Shown: piece after piece, positions 25,501 through 35,800 of the stretch | Numbering within the stretch: the first letter of the stretch is position 1 | Layout of the letters: every line of letters begins with the position of its first letter | Assembly (NCBI GenBank): GCA_040954595.2 | Contig: CM082590.2 | Span: forward strand, 5,890,001 to 5,954,000 | Length of the DNA: 64,000 nucleotides | Source: Balanoglossus misakiensis | Lineage: Eukaryota > Animalia > Hemichordata | Direction: 5' to 3' | Program-made: the position numbers and the translations under genes | The notes under the pieces: model-generated | What the model saw: the letters and a program-made list of their open reading frames with translations, nothing else | What the model was told of the DNA's origin: nothing | The model's database searches: none

Positions 25501-28500
25501 GTTGAACGTTCATTCACTATATATCCACATGTAGAATAACATAAACGGTGTCTTGTATCAAATATAATTAAAGGGAAAAGGGCAGCGAGAGAGAGACTTT
25601 GTCCCTTTAACCTTAGGTGTGACAAATTTTTTTTACCCTGCGTGGAACAAAGCCTATATTCAAGATAAAACATATAATTACCTTTTGTGAAATCTGCCTG
25701 TCATAGTCTTTGTGAAATTCACCATCTCTGTAAACAGAATTTGAGAACAATCAAAAATTGCCTTGAGCAAACGATAAGAATTTAAAGCGCGTAGCTCGTC
25801 TCACACACATGTTCAAACTGTAGCCGCTGGTTACAGACGTTTAGTGAACAGTCAATCCCATAAGGCAGTGCTCTGTCCTAACAACAGACAAGATGGCGGC
25901 GACCATAATCTGTGTCGGAGATCGGGAAAAGACACCAGCTTGGGTGAAAAGGAGGGACAAAACCAGAATCTACTTATAGGTGCGCATGAAATATGGAAGG
26001 AAGCGAAGGCAGTCCACTATTTGAATGCATCGAACGGAAAATCTGCTGGGAAGTTACGCGCATGCGCATGAGACGAGCTACGCGCTTTAACTGGAAGAGT
26101 GAACATCGAACAGTTTACTTACTTGTAATGTTTCAGTTCATACGTTGATGGTGAGATTTTTACTTTCTTGCATAATTTTTTGGCTTGGCTGTAAAGAAAC
26201 ATATTCTATGTAATTGATTGATTGATTAATAGATTTCCTTGAAAATACATAATGTCTGTCTTTTTCATGGTGCTATACATCATTACTCCAAAATGAAATC
26301 AAATGGCTAAGATATCATGACACAATCTGTCAAGTTTGGAAAATGGCGTATACCACTGGAAGTAATACTAAATGGTTATACACCTAGCAGTCAGGGATAT
26401 ATTCTGATTTATTTGACCTGAAGTGATCGTTTTCGGGGCTGGTAAGTGAACTAGACTCTCTCACAGCCCCTCTCGATGTCCATTCAGGCTTATGGACTGA
26501 TTGCATGTGTGCCCGGCGAGAGGTTCGCTACACAACATTATATGGGGCTTCTCCTTTGCTGAACGGTTGAGGGCGCGTCAGTGAAGAGCCTTGTAGCGAA
26601 CCGTGGGCTGTGAGAGAGTCTAATGGACTGATAGACTCTCTCACAGCCCCTCTCGTCGTCCATGCAGGCTTAAGGACTGATTGCATGTGTGCCCGGCGAG
26701 AGGTTCGCTACACAACACCATATAAGGCTTCTCCTTTGCTGAACGGTTGAGGGCGCATCAGTGAAGAGCCTTGTAGCGAACCGTGGGCTGTGAGAGAGTC
26801 TAGTCAGTGAACTTACCCGCAGTCAATGAAAACCAAGGTGCCGAGACCTTTGACCTCTGCCGCTACATCGCCGTATGTATCCATCAGATTACTGGCAGAC
26901 TTGGCTGCAACCAAGCAGAAGAAAAGCCACTTTGATACAAAGATTAGGGGCTACCCATTAAAGGGACAAAGTCTCAGTTTTTGACCTTTTTGTGATATCA
27001 AGAATACAGAGAATAGTTGCATAAAGTCACTAGCCATTAAAGGGACAAAGTCTCTCTCTCGCTGCCCTTTTTCCATTAAGTATGTTTAATACAAGACACT
27101 GGTTATGTTAATGTACATGTGGATATATAGTGAATCAACGTTCAACCACACACAACTTCCATCCCGTTTGTAGGATATGACAGTAAAAATCTGGCCCAAA
27201 ATAAATAAATGGTAGAGACCGATTATTCATTTTGGAGAGTTTTTCACTCTGGTGTCTACAAGTGGGATAGAAGTTGTGTGTGGTCGAACGTTGATTCACT
27301 ATATATCCACATGCAGAATAACAAACGGTGTCTTATATCAAATATAATTATATGGAAAAAAGGGCAGCGAGAGAGAGACTTTGTCCCTTTTACACTTTCA
27401 CTATTTGGTACGGTACCTGCTACATTCACAAGTCCTTTAACCTTAATGCTGCCAAGTCAGTTGAAACTGGTTTGATTTCTAGGGTGCCTAGAATCCTGGC
27501 TCCCAGGCCCATTAGACTGCCAAGTGTGTGTTATTCAGTAGGGCCTATACAAGACCCTCAGACCAATACAGCGCAAACCAGTCTGATTTGGTACATTTTG
27601 CAGGGGGCTCAGACTGCCAAGTGTGTCTAAGTACATATGAGAGCTATGTCAGACAGTCAAAATATGTTTTAGAAGAAAAAGTGGCAAATACGGGAATTGT
27701 GATGTAACTAGCGTCCCTCTGAAGTCAATCAGAGATTTTGTTTTTCCAATGATTGGACAAAGGATATACATATGTGTAATTAGGGATGGGTAACATTTTG
27801 AATTCAAATTAGCCCTGCCTTCACTATAACCTTACACCCAATCACTACTGCACAGTTTATGTGAGTGACTTCAAGGGGACGCTAGTGACATCACAATTCC
27901 CAGCAAGGGGTATGGGGTTTTATTGGGCCAGTGGCATGAGTGAGGCTAGACGTTAGTTTTGGAAGCAAAGCGGACAAAATACGGCGAGGTGCTAGGCTAA
28001 GTCTTGTTATAAAGACCCAGCTGTTTGTCCAGATGACCTCTTACCAGATTTTGCAAACAGTACCATCACATTTGTCCTGGTTCTTAGGATCTTCTTAAAT
28101 TCTTTAATATCGTCCAGTTTCTCGATTAATTGTTGGTTCGATTTCTTGGCTGCATCGAGACAGCAAGGAATCAGCACCTGGCAATCAAAAAAAAAAAATA
28201 TAAAATGGACAATTGTTTCAAGAATACCAAGTCACTCTGTTTTTCGGACTTGGGAATGGGTTGTTGAAAGCAGGGATCTGGTTGTCAAGGGCATTGAACT
28301 GGTTGTCACGGGCACGAAAAATGGTTGTCAAGGGTACAGAAATGGTCGTCACGGGCACAGAATGGTTGTGAAGGGTACAGAAATGGTTGTCATGGGCACT
28401 TGGTCAAGAGCCTCTCTCATTTCCCCCAAATTATGCAAATTGTTGAAGGAATTGATATAAGTATTTTGGCCAAAGATATTAGGTGAAAATAATGTTAAAA

Positions 28501-30185
28501 TAGAAGTATGGACATTTTATTTGAATAAATTTAAAAACAAACCTTGCGCTCCAACACATAAAATGTTTTTGACACTGGCAAAAGAATTTGATTATGGTAA
28601 ATTGATAACTAAATTTTATTTAATGGACAAATTTTTCCTAATGTCATGTCCCGGACTGCATTTTAAAATAATCAAATCATAACCGTGAAAAGTTATTTTC
28701 AAGATAGCAGTCTTCGATGAACAGTTTGCCCACCAGTCAACCAATACTGGTTAAATATGTTAGAAATATTGTCAGCATCTATTAAAGGGACAAAGTCTCT
28801 CTCTCGCTGCCCTTTTTTCCATTAATTATGTATGATACAAGACACCATTTATGTTAATGTAATGTGGATATATAGTGAATCAATGATCAACCACACACAA
28901 CTTCCATCCCGCTTGTATGATATGAGAGTAAAAACTCGCCCAAAATGAATAAATGGTAAAGAACGATTATTCATTTTGGCGAGTTTTTCACTCTCATGTC
29001 TACAAGTTGGATGGAAGTTATGTGTGGTCGAACGTTGATTCACTATATATCCACATGTAGACTAATATAAACGGTGTCTTGTATCAAATATAATTAATTG
29101 AAAAGGGGCAGCGAGAGAGAGACTTTGTCCCTTTAATAAATGGCAATGAGGGGTAAACTTGACAGACTGACATATTTTTGCAAGGTAGTGATGCTGATTA
29201 ATTATCTTCATAAATGTTATGATTATCACAAATTTCAAAAGATTTCAGCCTGTTCAGTATATATATAATAAATAGAACACTGTCAATTTTAAAGTGGATT
29301 AGTCTAAAACTTAACTGGTGATGAAGAAATTTAGACAATTAATTAAAATCGTAAGTTTGCTTAACTTGAGAGCATATGCACGGATCTCCATGGTAATATG
29401 CAAGTAAACTGGTGTTACAGAAATTGAAACAATTTAGAAAAAAAATTTACACAGGGAAGACTGTAAAACATACCAACGCGTCACTGCAGAAGTACCATAT
29501 GCATCATGATATCGCATTGTCAAGTCTAGACACAATTTGTTTGATATGCATAGTGGCCATGAATAATGAAATTCTTGTAATACAATATGGATACGAATGA
29601 CTACATGTATGTGGCCGCACCCCCGGCCAACAGTGACACACCGTGGAGGTCGATTTGTCTCTCAGGGTGTCACGGAGAGTTATGACGTCCCTTCTACCGC
29701 CATGCATCACGGCCGAGCCCGGGAGACAGGGGAGGGGTCGAGGGGGGTGTGACACTGTCCCACGGTCAAGAAACTTGCTAATGAAAATAAACACATGACA
29801 GACGACGAAAAACAGCTGGCGGTAGGTACACGGTTAAACTTATTAAAACTAGGCACGATAAGGCTCACTGGCGTCAAGGATAATTGAACCGTTCCACAAA
29901 ATAAGCGCGAAATCGTCCATTTCAACTTTTCCGAAATTAACTGCCTCCTTAAACTTATAGCGAGCAACGCCTTGCTTGAATATGAAATGACCGGTGCGGT
30001 ACAAGGGAAAGTGTGAATTAATTTTACATGGATATAGTTCACACTTTAATTCAGCGCGATGACCCAGACAGCGATAAAGCGTTATGAATATTATTATCAT
30101 GACTCCTGATCACTATCACTATTAATATATCACTTACCAGTAATATTATCACAACATTCATAAAACGTGCAGTGGGGGTCGCCAT
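11881..30185 (-). CDS. PDIA5: Protein disulfide-isomerase A5 (PDIR)-like, 24 exons, ~761 aa: signal peptide, non-catalytic N-terminal Trx-like domain, five WCGHC thioredoxin domains, C-terminal HEEL
   Basis: Exons (high to low): 30185-30138, 28177-28045, 26904-26817, 26188-26123, 25727-25682, 25342-25250, 24652-24592, 24504-24437, 23936-23845, 23258-23190, 22202-22066, 21140-21073, 20441-20347, 19588-19523, 19102-18963, 18412-18342, 17763-17635, 16997-16811, 15938-15871, 14775-14694, 13790-13778, 13642-13574, 13073-12829, 12032-11881. All introns are GT-AG, phases are consistent, total 2286 nt. PDIA5-like motifs: KKILRTRTNVMVLF, KKLCKKVK, DGEFHKDYDR, PWDEDP, LKKKKHTLVMFYAPWC. Ends STHEEL*. 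Confidence 0.95.
12485..12765. mobile_element. MITE family A (internally deleted), sharing a TTAA with a family C end
   Basis: ...tacatcc TTAA agggacaaag...gtccct TTAA. Confidence 0.8.
13319..13546. repeat. Compound (TACA)n/(CA)n microsatellite
   Basis: Directly visible. Confidence 0.97.
13778..13790 (-). CDS. PDIA5: 13-nt PDIA5 microexon (F-K-Y-F-K)
   Basis: aaacag|TTAAATATTTCAA|gtaagt. Needed to join the phase-1 end of exon 20 (GFPK) to the phase-2 start of exon 22 and restore the GFPxFKYFKNG thioredoxin motif. Confidence 0.85.
13914..14165. mobile_element. MITE family A carrying a nested CAATCTGATTAAAATCAG foldback element (~13986-14084)
   Basis: Family A ends with TTAA; internal inverted repeat caatctgattaaaatcagatgt...acatctgattttaatcagattg. 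Confidence 0.75.
14462..14667. mobile_element. PIF/Harbinger (Tourist)-like MITE with internal poly-C tracts
   Basis: TAA gggactggtca...tgaccagtccc TAA (3-bp TAA TSD). Confidence 0.6.
16151..16502. repeat. 110-bp tandem triplication within a family E MITE fragment
   Basis: catgYagtcacaatcgggcatcgataagg at 16151, 16261 and 16371. Confidence 0.85.
19635..19989. mobile_element. MITE family A
   Basis: TTAA-flanked family A termini. Confidence 0.8.
20080..20340. repeat. AT-rich ~131-bp duplication built of ATTCAAAT motifs
   Basis: acagtataaataat at 20080 and 20211. Confidence 0.65.
21761..22045 (+). pseudogene. Inverted copy of the end of PDIA5 intron 22 plus the first ~97 nt of exon 23, inside intron 11
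   Basis: Matches the reverse complement of ~12972-13255, including acceptor ccccccggcag and coding PKPAPTPPPEPQWSDTPSAVNHLSSETFDSFI. Only 2 mismatches over the 97 exon-derived nt. Confidence 0.9.
22353..22781. repeat. 119-bp tandem repeat of the MITE A arm (~3.6 units)
   Basis: ccaggacaaagtc recurs at ~22474, 22593 and 22712. Confidence 0.9.
23476..23807. repeat. Dispersed repeat with an internal 39-bp tandem (4 units here, 2 in the copy at ~49880-50177)
   Basis: aactttgtactcaaaatgtaacaacc is repeated; flanks are shared with the copy near 50 kb. Confidence 0.75.
23981..24286. mobile_element. MITE family A
   Basis: TTAA-flanked family A termini. Confidence 0.75.
24869..25218. mobile_element. 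MITE family A
   Basis: TTAA-flanked family A termini. Confidence 0.8.
25782..26090. mobile_element. Kolobok-like MITE family B (AGCGCGTAGCTCGTCT TIR); also 35828-36137 and 45839-46092
   Basis: TTAA agcgcgtagctcgtctca...tgagacgagctacgcgct TTAA; internal sequence shared by all three copies. Confidence 0.85.
26452..26802. mobile_element. Two adjacent ~170-bp elements with TAGACTCTCTCACAGCCC TIRs
   Basis: tagactctctcacagccc...gggctgtgagagagtcta at 26452-26622 and 26632-26802. Confidence 0.75.
27037..27392. mobile_element. MITE family A
   Basis: Family A termini; right TSD degenerate. Confidence 0.8.
28258..28400. repeat. ~21-bp degenerate minisatellite
   Basis: aaatggttgtcaMgggYac units. Confidence 0.7.
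28782..29136. mobile_element. MITE family A
   Basis: TTAA-flanked family A termini. Confidence 0.85.
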
Positions 30186-30280
30186 CTTGAGGGGGTGCCA
30201 CGTAAGAATCACGCATGCGCAGTAATGTCTTTCTTTCCGCGAAGCAAACGCGTATTTTCTTGTCAACTTTTGCCAATAAA
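30181..30280 (-). promoter_or_regulatory. PDIA5 proximal promoter / 5' UTR motifs
   Basis: AAGATGGCG around the ATG (YY1-like/Kozak), GCCACGTAA at 30197-30205 (UPRE/XBP1-like core), CGCATGCGCA at ~30212 (NRF1-like), CCAAT at 30273. Motif matches only. Confidence 0.35.
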
Positions 30281-30970
30281 AGCCCCATTAATAAAACCTG
30301 CATCGCGTGACATTTACTGCTACTGGGCTTGTAAATAAATCGAACCGACGGATCGAGCAGCATTAACTAACACATAGGCCTAAACAGCCGAAAATACACA
30401 CATTCGATAATCCAGAAATAGTTTCCTTTAGGACTGTGGGTGTGTTAGTCTTGTTGGTCATACGGGACACAGTCTCTCTCTCTCGTTGCCCTTTTTCCAT
30501 TAATTATGTTTGATACAAGACACTGGTTATGTTTTTCTACATGTGGATATATAGTGAATCAATGTTCGACCACACACAACTTTCATCCCGTCTGTAGGAT
30601 ATGAGAGTAAAAATCTCGCCAAAATGAATAAATGGTAAACACTGATTATTCATTTTGGCGAGTTTTTTTTCACTCTTGTGTCTACAAGTATCAAACATAA
30701 TTAATGGAAAAAAGGGCAGCGAGAGAGAGACTTTGTCCCTTTAACACAATCGCAACTTCTAAAAAAAAAACACATACACAAACAGAATTATAAGATTTGT
30801 TCCAAGACACACTGCAGTTCTTTTCGCAAGTATTAGAAAAAAAAAGAAAAAAAATTCTACATCTTTTTTTAGCGAACACACTATCTGTGTGGATGAAATT
30901 TGTATATATGTAGTAAAACATATAGGAATACTTGGGTTTCTGGATTTGCTACACCGTATAAAATATAAAC

Positions 30971-31327
30971 TTAAAGGGACAAAGTCTCTCTCTCTCGCTG
31001 CCCCTTTTCCATTAATTATGTTTGATACAAGACACCGTTCATTTTATTCTACATGTGGATATATAGAGAATCAACAGTCAACGACACACAACTTCCATTC
31101 CGTTTGTAGGATATGAGGGTAAAAATCCCGCCAAAATGAATAAATGGTAAACACCGATTATTCATTTTGGCGAGTTTTTCACTCTCGTGTCTACAAGTTT
31201 GATAGAAGTTGTGTGTGATTGAACGTTCATTCACTATACATACACATGTAGAATAATATAAACGGTGTCTTGTATCAAACATAATTAATGGAAAAAGGGC
31301 AGCAAGAGAGAGACTTTGTCCCTTTAA
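30971..31327. mobile_element. MITE family A
   Basis: TTAA-flanked family A termini. Confidence 0.85.
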
Positions 31328-32893
31328 ACGTTTTATATACTATGGAATTAAGGCGGACACTACTCGAAATTGAAAATATAATTGTCCTTTGCGCTATTTT
31401 ACTGGGGTTGTCAGTACTAAAAAATGAATACGACTTTTTTCCACAGCGCTTTCAGATTTTCGGGGAAAGACGCATGGGTACCAAAGATTCAATATTCTTC
31501 GCCTGTGTCTTGGTCTAGTCTCAGTATCTGCCGCGTGGTTTGTACGCTTTTCTTCCAGTTTTGGAGCAAAGCGGACAAAAATACGGCTAAATTCTAGAGC
31601 AGCAAAGTTAAAGGCCGATGCATATATCGTATAGTGGGAGATAGCTGCGCGCGCGCAGTTAGTAAACTCGAGATGTTGTCTTGTTCAGAGTGTGTTGGAC
31701 GGCATACCCCGAGCTACAGATCGCATCAATATCGGAAAGTGCACTGGTTAAAGGGACAAAGTCTCTCTCTCGCTGCCCCTTTTCCATAATTATGTTTGAT
31801 ACAAGACACTGTTTCTTTTATTCTACATGTGGATATATTTATTTTAATGTACATGTGGATATGTAGTGAATCAATGTCCGACCACACAACTTCCATTCCG
31901 CTTGTATGATATTAGAGTAAAAATCTCGCCCAAATTGAATAAATAGTCGAGGCCGATTATTCATTTCGGCAGAGTTTTTCACTCTCGTGTCTACAAGTGG
32001 GATGGAAGTTGTTCACTTTCGGATAGCGGTGTGATGTGTAGCTATGGTTTCGCCGTCCAACACGCACTGAACAAGGCAAAAAAAAAAACTCGAGTTTTCT
32101 GAACTGCAGCTAAGTCGAAGCTCCATTGTATGGGAAACGACCCGTGAGAAACGGACGCGGCTCCGGCGGCCAATTTCCCGGGGTGTGCGTCCCAGCGCCT
32201 CCGTCGCGCCGCCGCGCCCAGGCCGGTAAACGCACCGATGCACTGTCAAATCACTGTGATTAGAAACCATTATCTCATAGCCAGGGCTGTGATGTGAACT
32301 ATGATGATCGTGCACCGCGCAGCGCGCGTTTAAACGCGGCGCCCGGCTCATGTCAGGATCACCACGCGATTTGACCTTGACCGTGACCTTGCAGTAACCT
32401 CTAAGTGTCTCGTGTCTTAATCGCTTGTACAGTTATAGTACCACAGACCGTAAAAGGAGATGATTATACATACACTGTGTGTTGACTCCGGTAATTGACC
32501 CCTGAAATAAACACCTGGATCATACCACTTAGTAAAGCAGTTGACAGTTTATGTGGAAACGAGGAATTGTATGATTAAGTGCTCAGACTGAACTTAATTA
32601 TCTCGTCAACGCATTATATTCCTTAATGATCAACTTTAATCGACCACGCATAGATTGATACTGTATACAATCTTCACTTCGCTGGTGGTCGTCCACCCCT
32701 TTCCTCATAATAGAATCTGCCAGCACGTTTGCACAACACTGTTTAACATGGAGTAATACACAGCGCTTGGTTACGTCGCGTCAACTTCAGACAATCGCCG
32801 ACGATGTCAGCCACAATCATTGCCAGAGAATAATCATAATTTCCTAGCCTTGCTTTTTTGTTGGTTGGAACTCCAGTCATTTTTGTTGACGAC

Positions 32894-35800
32894 ATGTGTC
32901 GGTGGGGTTGTACCACGACCAGCACGGTAAGTCGTCTTGACAACCATTGATACCGCGCGCTGGCTAGCTAAAGACGCGATTAACCAGTTAACTGCGCTAC
33001 CGGTCTAACACCTATAACTTACATGACTGATTTAAGTTTTAATTTGTATAAACTGTACCGTGGCGACGAGATTGACAGACCAAATGCGGACGTGTCTATT
33101 TTACTGTTTGACTGACGATACGCATAAGTGTTGTTTCAGAGGCGCTGTTCGGACAAAAATTATTTCTTGAACCATAATCCCTTCTAAACAGGGAACTGTG
33201 CTTGACCAAACACATAGAAGCACAACACACCGACACACATGATCGGCCATGAAACCACTGTTTGCGTTCAAAGTTCACTACAGGCTATGGGCTGCCCGTG
33301 TACCATAAAAGAACTGTCACATCATAAGCTTATCGTCTGTATAAATTTAAGAGCTATTATTTTACGCTACTGGTTTGTAAATGAAATGTTAGTGTCATTC
33401 TTAACAGCGTTCATTCCGAGGGCCGCAACACTTTCAATTCAACTCAATTCAATTTATTTCACTTTCAATTTTTACATCGAATGGTGAACAATGTACTGAT
33501 AAAGTGAAAAAAGGAGGTAGGAAAAATAGTGCACTCGCACTAGTCAAGTCCACCCCCTCATGGTGAACAGTAGAACACTTGGTTAGTAATACATACATGT
33601 ACAAAAGGGAAAAAAAATCAAACTATACTTTGAACTAGTGTACTAGAATATGGCGTACTTCATAGTACAGTCAAACCTGTGTTAGTGACCACCTCTATAT
33701 AGTGACCACCTCTATATAGTGACCACTTAGTTACAGTCCCTGTGCAATTTACACGTGTATAAATTAACCTGTCTATAAAGACCACCTGTCTATAAAGGCC
33801 ATTTTGGTAAAGTCCCTTGACTAGCCACTATAGACAGGTTTGACTGTACAATTTAACTGTCTGGTCACTGTGATGGGGAAAAAACGTGTAGTCTGCGAGA
33901 GGCCCTATCTACAACATTAAAGTTGGGAATATTTTGTCTGTCTTCAGTTACCATGTTCACTGAATATCTCACTTGTATGTAGAATACGGCAAGCAATTCC
34001 TCTATGATTTGTATAGGCCGGACGTACATGTAAGAAATTGAACCGTGCAAACTAGAAAACAAACGCGACACAGTTCATGTTGTGGGTGGATACCGAACAG
34101 TGAGACATTATGATTTTATGAGCGTCTATATGCCGTCCATTGTTATTGTTCTACCATAAATAATTTCACTTTAAATTGATTGATCCGTGAAGCTATCTCG
34201 CAGACTATTAACAGGTGGTTGACAGTGCGCCCTCAACGTTTCTTCGTCGTTTCTGCTACTGGTCTGCTGAATTTCGCGGCTAAGTAGAGACATGAATTTG
34301 GTTGCAAACTGTTATTTCTCACCAACATAGGTTTTACGCTTTCTCTCCCAGCAAAATTTGTCCACATTTGACAGGTCCTATTATATCCCGACTGGAAATT
34401 GACGCTGGCGTCCAGAACCTCTATGCAAATTTCAGATTGACACCCTGACCATTCTTGTTTATATAGTAAATATCATAAAATATACAAATTCTACAAATTC
34501 TTAGAGTAATCAAGAGATATATAAGAAATGGTTACAACCCAAACAGAAATGTAAACAATCCACTGCCAACATTGATTCCTCTCAAATTAATTGGCGGCTA
34601 AGTACGCTTTCATTATCAGAAGACTAACATTGTCTTTTTTGTTCAAAAATTATTATTCAAAGTCAATATTCAGTAATTAATATTATTCTTTGTTACAATA
34701 AGAATTCTTTTCCATGGTGATCTAGTTCTGTTTAAATCTGAAAAAGGTCATGAGACTTTAACTATAAAAAATAAAGGTTAGAGTTTGTGAGGTCCATGGT
34801 CCAATGTTATTGGCAATATTGGTGTATTTTTAGCGTAGATACTTGTTTTTATTGTGTTGCTATGGTTTTATGTCTTCAAAACTAACACAGGAGGGCGTTC
34901 TCTGTTGTCATGTCTCGCCATTTTGATTTCCTTCCACACTTCACTCTCACTTCACTGAGCAAACACCTTCACATATCCGTTCCAACTAGACACGATAACA
35001 TTGCCAAATGGCTTGTCATCGGTCACACAGATACCTTGCGGATTTCCTACCCTATCATCATCACTGTCTATGCGACCAATGAATTGACCATCTGACTCAT
35101 ACTTCATCACTCTGTGATTACTGTAATCACACACATACACGTTGCCATCACTGTCATGTGATATCCCAAAGGGGCAACTCATCTGATTATCACCTGACCC
35201 GTGACTTCCAAAGTTGTACAGATATCCACCCTCAGCATCAAACACTTGAATACGGTGATTCCATTGATCTGATACAAACACTTTCCCTGCAGCATCAATA
35301 CTGATGCCTACAGGGTGGTACATCTGACCTTGACTTTGACCATAAGTGCCAAAAGACTTGTAATGATCACCATTTTTGTTGTAGATGTGTACACAGTGAC
35401 CCCCGTGATCGACAACATAGACCCTCCCATTGACAGGATGTATCGCAATTCCGCGCGGGGATTGAATCACACCTTTGCCGAAACAACGCATCACTCTACC
35501 ATTCTCATCATGCACGATTACTTGCTTACCACTGTCATCAGTAGTAAAGATACTTCCATCCTCTGAAAACATTGGACAAACTATGAACTAGGTCCAAAAA
35601 GTCCGATGAACAAGAATTTTTTTCTCTCTGGCCTAATGGAGCTTTAATCTTTGATTTGCAGACCTATATGTGTAAATGGTGTGGAACCCGGTATTGCAAA
35701 GAATGTCTGCGTGGGGATTTCACAGGGGAGATGTCGGCTCCAGGCAGATGCAGGAAATGTAACCAGGTAAGGCGTACTTTGTCATTTTCTTGAAATTTCC

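Noticed and set aside
32743-32943. Minus-strand 66-aa ORF as a small lysine-rich (SMKR1-like) protein
   Set aside because: The resemblance is superficial; the plus-strand exon with a canonical donor explains the region better.
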